Below are positions 8,373-16,573 of a stretch of DNA of 64,000 nucleotides, piece after piece. Numbering within the stretch: the first letter of the stretch is position 1; every line of letters starts with the position of its first letter. The stretch is from NCBI GenBank assembly GCA_029781045.1, contig JAKOXL010000024.1:23210-87209 (forward strand), written 5' to 3'. Made by a program: the position numbers and the translations under genes. The notes beneath the pieces were generated by a model. It was not told the DNA's origin and did no database searches. It saw nothing but the letters and a program-made list of their open reading frames with translations. The DNA comes from Bacillota bacterium. Its GTDB lineage: Bacteria; Bacillota; UBA994; UBA5500.

Positions 8373-9704
8373 ATGGGCGAGACAAATCTGGCTAGGGTTG
8401 TCAGTCGTAGAGCATCATCTACCTGTACCTTACCCCGCAGCCTCCTAGAAAGAACCGGATGGCGGACAGGGGAGATCGTCACTTTTTCCTTCGGCAGTGC
8501 TAGTCGTCGCATGCGGGTACAGGGTGGTGAGGAGGATGTTTGGCAGCTGCCAGCGTCCCTTTTGCGGTCCTTGGGGATGGTGCCTCGGCGGTGGTCTTAC
8601 CACCTGGATACAGAAAGAAGATGGGTAAGGTTCGGTCCCCTCATCGGTATTTTGACCACATGGCAGACTACTCCCTATTTCCGCTCAGTAATGCGGGCTG
8701 CCGCCAGTCGTGGGATGATGGCGGTGGTTTTCCGTCCCCAAAACCTGCATCCGGGAGGACGTCAACTGGAGGGATGGGGCCTAGTAAACGGGATAGTCAG
8801 GCCGGTAAGAGTGCCTTGGCCCGATGTTGTATACAACCGCATTCCTAATCGAGGAGACGAGCTTCTACGGAGCACCAGAGTATGTAAACGCAGGTTAGAA
8901 CAGGCGAGAGTACCCGTATTCAACCGACGGTTCTTTCATAAATGGCGCATTCATCGTCTTTTAAGGCGAGATGAAACAGCCTTACGCTATTTACCGGAGA
9001 CGCAGCCGATGCTTAACTTGCAACAAGTTAGGCATTTCCTTAACCGCTATCCCGCGGCTTACCTGAAACCCAATGGCGGTAGTAAAGGGCACGGCATTGT
9101 GCGGGTTTTGCGGCTCCGAGGCCAGGGCTACCAGATTTCTTTCCGGAAGGGAAACCGCAATTATCAACACACTGTGGGAAGTTGGCCGCAGGCGGCGTCA
9201 ATAATCAGACGGGCTATGGCGCCTCGCAGTTATTTGATACAAGAAGGAATCGCCTTAGCCAATTATCGAGGTCGTCCCTTCGATGTAAGAGTAACGTTAT
9301 ACAAGAACGGTCAAGGGGAATGGGTGCCTTGTGGTCCAGCTGCCAAGATCGCTGGTTATGGAAGTATAACGACCCACGTGGCTAACGGAGGTCGTGTGAT
9401 TCCGCTTTCTCGCGCTCTGCGCTATGCTTTTGGCAATCAGGCGGAGGAGATTAGGACGCGAATTGAAGCAGCAGCAGTGGATCTAGCCCTAGCTGTAGAA
9501 CGCGTGACATCTCTCCAACTGGGTGAGATTGGCCTTGATATCGGGTTAACCGCGCAGGGACGTGTGGCCATGTTTGAAGCCAATAGTAAGCCCGGGCGGG
9601 CAGTCTTCGCAGCGGCTTGGAATCGGCAGGATCGTTGGAAGTCGTTATTACATCTCTGCGACTATGCGGCCAGTTTGGCTGGTTTTGATAGGGGTGTGAG
9701 TTGA
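8373..9704 (+). CDS. YheC/YheD-family ATP-grasp protein, long YheD-like form. Start re-set to the ATG at 8373 after GGGGGAGGTGA
   Basis: RPFDVRVTLYKNGQGEWVPCGPAAKIAGYGSITTHVANGGRV...AMFEANSKPGR. N-terminal LPRSLLERTGW...LPASLLRSLG...GPLIGIL matches the extension on the 4326 protein. Confidence 0.7.
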   Translation: MGETNLARVVSRRASSTCTLPRSLLERTGWRTGEIVTFSFGSASRRMRVQGGEEDVWQLPASLLRSLGMVPRRWSYHLDTERRWVRFGPLIGILTTWQTTPYFRSVMRAAASRGMMAVVFRPQNLHPGGRQLEGWGLVNGIVRPVRVPWPDVVYNRIPNRGDELLRSTRVCKRRLEQARVPVFNRRFFHKWRIHRLLRRDETALRYLPETQPMLNLQQVRHFLNRYPAAYLKPNGGSKGHGIVRVLRLRGQGYQISFRKGNRNYQHTVGSWPQAASIIRRAMAPRSYLIQEGIALANYRGRPFDVRVTLYKNGQGEWVPCGPAAKIAGYGSITTHVANGGRVIPLSRALRYAFGNQAEEIRTRIEAAAVDLALAVERVTSLQLGEIGLDIGLTAQGRVAMFEANSKPGRAVFAAAWNRQDRWKSLLHLCDYAASLAGFDRGVS

Positions 9705-10777
9705 TGCAGAGACCGATTCTCGGAATTCTAACGGCAGGAAAGGGATCAGTTCCGGGGAACCGCGAAATGTTCCGCTTTGTGCAGCAGGCCTGTCGGGAGG
9801 CAGGTCTGACTGCCTACGTTTTTACACCGGCCCAAGTGAACTGGTCACAGCGGATTGTATATGGCTATCGGTATGTCGGTGGTCGCTGGCGACCTGGCCG
9901 ATTTCCGCTTCCGCAGGTAGTCTACAACCGGGTGCCAAATCGGCAATTGGAAGAGAGTGCTGAAGTAAGACAACTGAAACGGCGGCTGCAGGCTAGGGGC
10001 ATTCCCTATTACAATGCCACATACTTGAACAAATACGATCTTTATCGACTGTTGGTAACTGAATCTGCTATTAAGCCTCACTTGCCGTGGACGAAGTTGG
10101 TGCGGAGTCGAGCCGACATTTACGATGCTTTGCAGCGATTTGGCCGTATCTACCTGAAGCCGAGGCACGCTTTTGCCGGCAAAGGTATCATGATGGTCAG
10201 CCTCAAGGGCAATGCTTGGGCCTTGCGTTACCGCCAAAATAATAGCAATAGGGTGATACAAGGCAGCAAACTATCCGAGCTCTGGCCGCGATTGGATCAG
10301 CGCATGGGGCGCCAAAGTTATATCGTGCAGCAAGCTATTTCCCTAGCCCAGTATCGCGGCCGCAACTTTGATGTTAGGTTACTGGCGCAGAAAAATGGTC
10401 AAGGCAGGTGGCAGGTCACCGGCATGGGGATGAGGGTGGCTAGTAAAGGTGGGATCACCACCCACGTGCCCAACGGAGGATTTATCGCCCCCGCCGAAGA
10501 GGTACTGGCCGATGTATTTGGTGCCGAAGCGCCGCAAGTACGCCAGAAGGTGGAGCAGCTGGCACTACAGATTGCACCCATCATTGAAAGGGGCTATAGA
10601 GGCCTTTTTGGCGAGATGTCAATGGATATTGGCCTAGATACAACCGGTCATCCATGGTTCTTTGAGGCCAATGCTAAACCCATGCGCTTTGACGAACAGG
10701 GCATTAGGCGCAAGGGTTTACAAACACTGACAGCTTATGTGCAGTACCTTGCTAAAAGGGCTGGCACCGGGGGGTAA
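9701..10777 (+). CDS. YheC/YheD-family ATP-grasp protein, short YheC-like form
   Basis: RNFDVRLLAQKNGQGRWQVTGMGMRVASKGGITTHVPNGGFI...WFFEANAKPMR. ATGA start/stop overlap with the upstream gene. Confidence 0.75.
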   Translation: MMQRPILGILTAGKGSVPGNREMFRFVQQACREAGLTAYVFTPAQVNWSQRIVYGYRYVGGRWRPGRFPLPQVVYNRVPNRQLEESAEVRQLKRRLQARGIPYYNATYLNKYDLYRLLVTESAIKPHLPWTKLVRSRADIYDALQRFGRIYLKPRHAFAGKGIMMVSLKGNAWALRYRQNNSNRVIQGSKLSELWPRLDQRMGRQSYIVQQAISLAQYRGRNFDVRLLAQKNGQGRWQVTGMGMRVASKGGITTHVPNGGFIAPAEEVLADVFGAEAPQVRQKVEQLALQIAPIIERGYRGLFGEMSMDIGLDTTGHPWFFEANAKPMRFDEQGIRRKGLQTLTAYVQYLAKRAGTGG

Positions 10778-10781
10778 ACCG

Positions 10782-11234
10782 ATGATAACTTACCGCCAAA
10801 TAACGGAAAAGGACTTCTCTGAACACAGGGCCAACATATTACGCCTCGTCAGGCTTCATGCCGATAATCACATTACTCGTAAGGCTCTCAACCACCTTCG
10901 CCGTTTCCGTTCAGAAAAGCTTTCTAGAGAAGGCAATGTTATCTGGACCGCTTGGGATGGTCAACTTCTTGTGGGCGTGATCTTCTGCGAACGTTTTGGT
11001 AACCGCACATCCCTGGCGGTAGTGCGGAGAAGCCACCGCTCTCAGGGCATAGCTAAAGAGCTATTGCGCTTAGCAGTAAACACTATGGGTAGATTCTATG
11101 CGGAAGTGGCCGCCGATAATCCCGCCAGTCTAAAGGTTTTGTTCGGTATGGGCATGGTCGCCTATGATGTTTTCCCTCGTAGAGGCAAATGGATACTCCG
11201 AGTACGCAATGGTTTCAAAGTTGACAAAGAATAG
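10782..11234 (+). CDS. Small GNAT-family N-acetyltransferase-like protein. Start at the ATG at 10782
   Basis: ~150 aa with an acetyl-CoA-binding-like segment VVRRSHRSQGIAKELLRLAV (R-x-x-G-x-A pattern). Begins 5 nt after the preceding ATP-grasp gene. Confidence 0.5.
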   Translation: MITYRQITEKDFSEHRANILRLVRLHADNHITRKALNHLRRFRSEKLSREGNVIWTAWDGQLLVGVIFCERFGNRTSLAVVRRSHRSQGIAKELLRLAVNTMGRFYAEVAADNPASLKVLFGMGMVAYDVFPRRGKWILRVRNGFKVDKE

Positions 11235-11237
11235 GCA

Positions 11238-11278
11238 CCAGCCAGGTTCCCGTAGTACAGGGGCCTGGCTTTGTTGTT
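11238..11278 (+). terminator. Probable rho-independent terminator after the GNAT gene
   Basis: AGCCAGG...CCTGGCT stem with an internal CCC/GGG pair, followed by TTGTTGTT. Confidence 0.4.
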
Positions 11279-11350
11279 ACAAGCATATTCCTGCCTGTTT
11301 ATCAATAGGTATGAAACGATAGAGAGTCTTGGGCGGAAGGAGTAATCCAC

Positions 11351-12601
11351 ATGAGCACTTGGCGTGGTAGGGACATTGCGAACGCTTTTGGCATCAGCGA
11401 TGAGGGCATGGTGCTGAACGGGGTCTTTTGCCTAAACACTCCCTTCGGGTTAGCTACTCCGTCAGTGTATCGGGGAGATCTGGACTTCTTGCAGTGGCTA
11501 GGAACTCAAGTTCCCCAAATTAACACGCGGCTGGGGCGGTTAAGCCTGAGTCGGTTACTAACAGCACCCTCGGGTCGGTTTTATGCGGAAGTGGGTGGAG
11601 AAACGGTCTTATTATCCGTATTAGAAACGGGGCCCAGTTGCGATCCTCGCAACGCCTTTGAGTTGTTCACGGTGGCTGCTGGCCTAGCCCATGTGCATCA
11701 ACAGGAGGTGGGGGTAGCGGGGGCAGCACCCGACTGGCTGAAGTATTATCAAATGCAAAGGGACAAGTTGGCACAGCTAACGCCTACCAATTTGCCGAAA
11801 CGTGCTTTGATTGCGTGGGCCAACTTGGAAGAAACGTGGCGCTTATGTGCAGAAGAGGCCATTAACCTGCTGAGCCAACTGAGAGACATGGCTCGGGAGC
11901 TTTGCCTGGTTTTAGGCTTGCAGTCCTTTTCTGATTTTGTCTATCTGGCTGATAGGCACCAAGTTCATTATAACCTGGTGGTCAGGTGCCATCTGGACTC
12001 ACCTGCAGTAGATCTAGCTCGCTTGGTGGCGTCTGCGGGGAGTGAGGGCAGAATCGCGCATAACATGCTTTTATCTTACCAGCGGGTAAGAAGGCTGACT
12101 AAAGGCGAATGCCAAGAGCTCTTTGCCCATCTGTGGTTCCCACACGAGGTTGATTTGGCCATCTTTTCTGATCCTACGGTTACTCCGTTACGCTTGCAAC
12201 GGGCTTGCCATCTATTGCAGGAGAAAATAGGCATGATCTCAGAGTTGGAAGATATTTTGCTGCCTACGGCCGAGGAGCCCAGTGGGCAGAGGGAAATAAG
12301 GGAGGTATTAACTGTGAACGAAAAGAAAGTGGAACCGGCACAGATTGATGCTGTGGAACTCCAATTGGAGCCAGTTCTCGATGAACCTCTGGCCGCGGCG
12401 GAAACGGCAGAGGAAGCCATGCCCGCCGTCCCAGCTGAGCAAGAGGCAAAGCGGGAAGAAGTGCAGATTAACATGATTGCGGCTACGACTAGGCGGGCCA
12501 GTGTGTGGGGACCTTTCCCAGCGCCTTTGAAAAAGGTAGAAACCAAAATTGAATCCAAAACTGAAGACCCACAGGAAGGAGAGAAAACGAGTCAGGAGTA
12601 A
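11351..12601 (+). CDS. CotS-family (bacterial spore kinase / pseudokinase-like) spore coat protein with an E/P/A-rich C-terminal tail
   Basis: FSDFVYLADRHQVHYNLVVRCHLDSPAVDLARLV and AHLWFPHEVDLAIF parallel B. subtilis CotS FCFQDFTLARL...HSITYDLPSRDLRILL and WIDLAFPHLFCAI. The last ~100 aa are low-complexity acidic and proline-rich. Confidence 0.5.
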   Translation: MSTWRGRDIANAFGISDEGMVLNGVFCLNTPFGLATPSVYRGDLDFLQWLGTQVPQINTRLGRLSLSRLLTAPSGRFYAEVGGETVLLSVLETGPSCDPRNAFELFTVAAGLAHVHQQEVGVAGAAPDWLKYYQMQRDKLAQLTPTNLPKRALIAWANLEETWRLCAEEAINLLSQLRDMARELCLVLGLQSFSDFVYLADRHQVHYNLVVRCHLDSPAVDLARLVASAGSEGRIAHNMLLSYQRVRRLTKGECQELFAHLWFPHEVDLAIFSDPTVTPLRLQRACHLLQEKIGMISELEDILLPTAEEPSGQREIREVLTVNEKKVEPAQIDAVELQLEPVLDEPLAAAETAEEAMPAVPAEQEAKREEVQINMIAATTRRASVWGPFPAPLKKVETKIESKTEDPQEGEKTSQE

Positions 12602-12682
12602 ACCCACTGCTTTGTAGTGATAAGAATATCGGTGGGGCATACTAACTCTGTCATTATAGCTGCACTTCTAGCAGAAAGGGTG

Positions 12683-12865
12683 ATGGTCGTGGCTCGAGGG
12701 CGAGGCATAATGTCTGACGAACTCAAGTACCGACTAGCCGACGAACTGGGTTTCGGGGATATGGTACGTCAACATGGTTGGGGTGCCATCACAACCCGAG
12801 ATGCTGGCAATCTGGTAAAGCTGGCTATTGCCAAGGCGCAACAGATGATGCAAGAGCAGCTATAA
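12683..12865 (+). CDS. Divergent alpha/beta-type small acid-soluble spore protein (SASP)-like protein; start uncertain between 12683 and 12710
   Basis: ELKYRLADELGFGDMVRQHGWGAITTRDAGNLVKLAIAKAQQ resembles SASP QMKYEIAQEFGV...GGEITKRLVQMAEQQ but matches the two PROSITE SASP signatures only partly. A CATACTA sigma-G-like -10 lies upstream. Confidence 0.45.
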   Translation: MVVARGRGIMSDELKYRLADELGFGDMVRQHGWGAITTRDAGNLVKLAIAKAQQMMQEQL

Positions 12866-12871
12866 TGGCTT

Positions 12872-12913
12872 GGGGGGCTATCCGCTTTAGCGGATAGCCC
12901 CCGCTTTTGTTTC
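12872..12913 (+). terminator. Rho-independent terminator
   Basis: GGGGGCTATCCGC-ttta-GCGGATAGCCCCC perfect 13-bp stem, then GCTTTTGTTT. Confidence 0.8.
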
Positions 12914-12963
12914 AGCAGGAGAATGGAGGGAAGAGGCGAAACAGCTAGGTGAGGTGAGGAGAG

Positions 12964-13803
12964 ATGCGACAGATCCATGCTCAGGACATTGCCGCTATTG
13001 TGAAGGAACTCTGTGTCAAGGCGAACTTCGAGCTGCCCGCAGATGTTCGCGCTGCACTTCAAGCTGCCTACCATCGGGAAGAACAGGCCAGTAGACAAGT
13101 ACTGGATGACTTGCTACAGAATGCCACCATTGCCGCCGAGCGAGAAGCGGCTCTTTGTCAAGATACCGGAATGGTAGTGGCCTTTGTTGAGCTGGGCCAA
13201 GCAGTGCAAATAGTGGGTGGATTATTAACGGATGCCATCAATGAAGGCGTACGTCAAGCCTACCGGGAGCAGCCTTTCCGCCATTCGATAGTGCAAGACC
13301 CCCTTTTCCGTACCAATACGGGCGATAACACTCCAGCAGTGGTGCATTTGCGATTGGTAGAGGGAGAGAAATGTAAGATAACGGTGGCGCCCAAGGGCTT
13401 TGGTAGTGAAAACATGAGTCGCGTCTACATGCTTAATCCCGCACAGGGATGGGAAGGGGTGGAAGAGCGAGTATTGGCTACAGTTCAAGAGGCGGGGCCG
13501 AATCCCTGTCCCCCACTCATAGTGGGTATAGGTTTGGGCGGCACGATGGAAAAAGCGGTCCTTTTGGCCAAGGAAGCTCTGTTTCGCCCTCTAGGAGAAA
13601 GTAATCCAGATCCGCGCTATGCGGCTTTGGAAGCATCCTTGTTGCAAGCTATCAACGCCAGTGGTATTGGACCCGGTGGAATCGGCGGCCGCACGACTGC
13701 CCTTGCAGTCCACATCAACTCCTATCCTACCCATATCGCTGGGTTGCCGCTGGCTATCAATCTGCAGTGCCATTCCTGCCGGCATCAAACGGCAGTCCTA
13801 TAG
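12964..13803 (+). CDS. fumA: Class I (Fe-S) fumarate hydratase / L(+)-tartrate dehydratase, alpha subunit
   Basis: AALCQDTGMVVAFVELGQ holds the conserved CQDTG motif. ~280 aa, as in split alpha subunits. Confidence 0.8.
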   Translation: MRQIHAQDIAAIVKELCVKANFELPADVRAALQAAYHREEQASRQVLDDLLQNATIAAEREAALCQDTGMVVAFVELGQAVQIVGGLLTDAINEGVRQAYREQPFRHSIVQDPLFRTNTGDNTPAVVHLRLVEGEKCKITVAPKGFGSENMSRVYMLNPAQGWEGVEERVLATVQEAGPNPCPPLIVGIGLGGTMEKAVLLAKEALFRPLGESNPDPRYAALEASLLQAINASGIGPGGIGGRTTALAVHINSYPTHIAGLPLAINLQCHSCRHQTAVL

Positions 13804-13814
13804 GGGGGAGAGTT

Positions 13815-14366
13815 ATGCAACATCGATTAACCACACCGTTGTTGCCGACTATTCGGAAGGAATTGACTGCCGGCGATACTTGCTTACTAAGTGGCGAGAT
13901 CTATACAGCTCGCGATGCGGCCCATGCCCGTTTGGTAGCCGCCATTGAGCGGGGAGAAGAGTTGCCACTGAGTTTGCAGGATGCGTTAGTTTATTATGTG
14001 GGTCCTTGCCGTCCCGCTCCGGGGCGGGTCATAGGGGCGGCCGGGCCGACAACTTCGGGGAGAGTGGATGTTTATACGCCCACCCTGTTGCGCTTAGGTT
14101 TGGCAGGAACCATTGGTAAAGGGAAGCGGAGTCCCGAGGTTAAGGCTGCTATGCTTGCCCATGGAGCCGTCTACTTCGCCGCCACAGGAGGTGCTGGGGC
14201 TTTGCTGGCCCGCTCGGTAGTTGCCAGCGAACTACTACTATATCCCGATCTGGGTACGGAAGCGGTTTACCGTTTGCTGGTGAAGGACTTGCCGCTCCTG
14301 GTAGCCATAGATTGTCAGGGAAATGACATCTATGAACTTGGCCCTCAAAGGTATCGAGACAAGTAG
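13815..14366 (+). CDS. fumB: Class I fumarate hydratase / tartrate dehydratase, beta subunit. Start at the ATG at 13815
   Basis: GDTCLLSGEIYTARDAAHARLV...VYYVGPCRPAPG...AATGGAG is the beta-subunit pattern. It follows the alpha subunit directly. Confidence 0.8.
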   Translation: MQHRLTTPLLPTIRKELTAGDTCLLSGEIYTARDAAHARLVAAIERGEELPLSLQDALVYYVGPCRPAPGRVIGAAGPTTSGRVDVYTPTLLRLGLAGTIGKGKRSPEVKAAMLAHGAVYFAATGGAGALLARSVVASELLLYPDLGTEAVYRLLVKDLPLLVAIDCQGNDIYELGPQRYRDK

Positions 14367-14370
14367 AGTT

Positions 14371-14410
14371 AGAAGAGGGGCTGTCGCAAGACAGCCTCTC
14401 TTCTTTGTGC
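14371..14410 (+). terminator. Rho-independent terminator after fumB
   Basis: AGAAGAGGGGCTGTC-gcaa-GACAGCCTCTCTTCT 15-bp stem with one mismatch, followed by TTTGTG. Confidence 0.6.
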
Positions 14411-14625
14411 CGACAGACAGTGGGCTTAGTGTAGAGCCCAAGCAAGGGTGGCGATGAACAACGGATGCGAATGGCCTTAGTGCGATAACGGCTCTTCTAT
14501 TTTATGGAAACAAACCGGTCCATTCTCCGAGCCATTTGAGCAGAAAACGACACATATCTGCAAGTTTAGAAGCCCTTTGTCACTCAAAAACCAAAAATGG
14601 GCAAAAAAATTCCGGGTAAATTCTT

Positions 14626-14700
14626 TTGACAAGAAGGAGTTGCTATTTGTAACGCGAATAATAGTGGTGAAAAGTGGAGTGAAGTGGGTCAAAGTGGGTG
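14626..14700 (+). promoter_or_regulatory. mraZ promoter region carrying four 10-bp-phased GTGG[G/A/T] direct repeats, a candidate MraZ operator
   Basis: TTGACA at 14626-14631. Repeats GTGGTgaaaa / GTGGAgtgaa / GTGGGtcaaa / GTGGGtgaaa start at 14664, 14674, 14684 and 14694, just upstream of the mraZ RBS. Confidence 0.6.
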
Positions 14701-14724
14701 AAACGCAGGCAGAGGAGGGGGAAA

Positions 14725-15156
14725 ATGCTACTTGGTGAATACCAACACAGTTTAGATACCAAGGGCCGTATAACGATCCCTTCCCGTTTGCGCGAAGGTT
14801 TGGGCGAACGGTTTGTAGTTACCAAGGGGCTTGATACCTGCCTTTTCGTCTATCCTCTGGCCGAGTGGGCCGCTTTGGAAGAAAAGCTACGTAGTCTGCC
14901 CCTAACCCGTGCTGATGCCCGTGCCTTTGTTCGTCTACTTTTTTCTGGTGCAGTTGAATGTGAGCCGGACAAACAAGGACGTGTTTTGCTTCCGCCTAAT
15001 CTACGGGCTCATGCTCGCCTGGAGAAGGATGTCTATTTGCTAGGGGTATCCAATCGGGTAGAAATCTGGGATAAGGAGATCTGGGAACAATATAGCATGC
15101 AGGCTGCTGCTTCCTTTGAGCAAGCGGCTGAGCAACTAGAAGGCCTAGGGATCTAG
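14725..15156 (+). CDS. mraZ: Transcriptional regulator MraZ
   Basis: MLLGEYQHSLDTKGRITIPSRLRE... is the canonical MraZ N-terminus. GAGGGGG RBS. Confidence 0.9.
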   Translation: MLLGEYQHSLDTKGRITIPSRLREGLGERFVVTKGLDTCLFVYPLAEWAALEEKLRSLPLTRADARAFVRLLFSGAVECEPDKQGRVLLPPNLRAHARLEKDVYLLGVSNRVEIWDKEIWEQYSMQAAASFEQAAEQLEGLGI

Positions 15157-15176
15157 CCGAGAAAGGTGGATAATCT

Positions 15177-16106
15177 GTGTCCTTTGAACATGAGCCTGTT
15201 TTACTGGCAGAGACCATTGAGTTGTTAGCCCCTCGCCCTGGGGAAATCGTGGTAGATTGCACTCTGGGTGGGGGTGGACATACTAGAGCGATCTGGCGCG
15301 CAATGCAGGGTAAAGGGCGCCTAATTGCCATTGATCAGGACATAGCCGCCATCAGTCATGCCCAGGCTAGTCTACCAAGAGAAATAACGGTGGTACATGA
15401 CAATTTCCGCAATCTCCGTTCCATACTAATGGCCTTGGAAATTAAAGAGGTGCACCGCATTCTTTTTGATCTGGGTGTCTCTTCCCCTCAGTTGGACGAG
15501 GCTGAACGGGGTTTCAGCTATCAGCAGGACGCCCCTCTAGACATGCGGATGAATACCCATACGGAAATTACTGCTGCCCACCTAGTAAATGTGCTTCCTC
15601 AAGAGGAATTGTCTCGTATTCTCTGGGAGTTTGGTGAGGAGCGTTGGGCTAAGCGAATCGCGGAGTTTATAGTTATGCACCGTACCGAACAGGGGCCTAT
15701 TTCCACTACAGGTCAGCTGGTGGATATTGTTAAGCGAGCGATTCCTGCCGGGGCTCGTCGGGAGGGTCCCCACCCTGCCAAGAGAACCTTTCAAGCTCTA
15801 CGTATAGCGGTTAACAATGAGTTGGACCACCTTGCTTCTGCTCTGGAGCAAGCAATAGATCTGTTAGCCCCTGGTGGGCGAGTTGCTGTGATCACTTTTC
15901 ATTCCCTAGAGGATCGAATTGTAAAGCAGGTTTTTCGTCAGCGGGAGAAGGGCTGTGTTTGTCCTCCGCAGCTTCCCATTTGTGTATGCGGGCAGCAGCC
16001 CACCTTAGAGATAATTACCAAGAAGCCGGTAGTTCCGAGCAACCAAGAAAGAGACCGCAATCCTCGCTCTCGTAGCGCGAAGTTGCGGGTAGCTGAGCGT
16101 CGCTAA
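15177..16106 (+). CDS. rsmH: 16S rRNA (cytosine1402-N4)-methyltransferase RsmH (MraW)
   Basis: HEPVLLAETIELL...DCTLGGGGHT...FDLGVSSPQLD motifs. Confidence 0.9.
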   Translation: MSFEHEPVLLAETIELLAPRPGEIVVDCTLGGGGHTRAIWRAMQGKGRLIAIDQDIAAISHAQASLPREITVVHDNFRNLRSILMALEIKEVHRILFDLGVSSPQLDEAERGFSYQQDAPLDMRMNTHTEITAAHLVNVLPQEELSRILWEFGEERWAKRIAEFIVMHRTEQGPISTTGQLVDIVKRAIPAGARREGPHPAKRTFQALRIAVNNELDHLASALEQAIDLLAPGGRVAVITFHSLEDRIVKQVFRQREKGCVCPPQLPICVCGQQPTLEIITKKPVVPSNQERDRNPRSRSAKLRVAERR

Positions 16107-16135
16107 GTTCTAGCCCATAAGTGAGGTGAATAAGT

Positions 16136-16513
16136 TTGTTAGTAGCGAAACAGCCATTGTATCAACCCCAACCACCCCTTAGGCAACCAGTTAGGGTGCC
16201 GAAAAGGGAGGCCAAACCTGCTCTTCTTACTGATTCGGAGAAACGATTAATCATTGCTGCTATCATACTGACAGCGGTCATGAGTTTTGGCATGATTTGG
16301 CGTTTTGCTGCGGTGAATGACCTCCAAACCCGCGTGAATCAGCTAGAACGAAGTATAGCCGCCCTAGAGGATGAAAATGCGGCGTTGATCATTCAGGTGA
16401 AACAACTAAGTGCGCCCCGCAGAATAGAAGACCGGGCCAACTTAGAACTGGGAATGCGCTGGCCCGAACAAACGCAGATCGTCAATGTTCTTGAAACCGG
16501 GCCGGAGCATTAG
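16136..16513 (+). CDS. ftsL: Cell division protein FtsL-like (septum formation initiator)
   Basis: Position between rsmH and the PBP. Single TM plus coiled-coil (LQTRVNQLERSIAALEDENAALIIQVKQL). Confidence 0.6.
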   Translation: MLVAKQPLYQPQPPLRQPVRVPKREAKPALLTDSEKRLIIAAIILTAVMSFGMIWRFAAVNDLQTRVNQLERSIAALEDENAALIIQVKQLSAPRRIEDRANLELGMRWPEQTQIVNVLETGPEH

Positions 16514-16573
16514 CATCTTACAGCTCGTCGCAGTTAAAGCGACGGGCTGTGTTTAGAGAGGAGCAAATGTAGA

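Noticed and set aside
12076-12640. Several minus-strand ORFs (160, 110, 61 aa) inside the CotS-like gene
   Set aside because: Overlap the E/P/A-rich low-complexity 3' region of the plus-strand gene. No RBS or motifs.
12602-12682. Sigma-G promoter for the SASP-like gene
   Set aside because: A CATACTA -10-like element is present, but no GHATR -35 at the required 17-18 nt spacing. Left as a note only.
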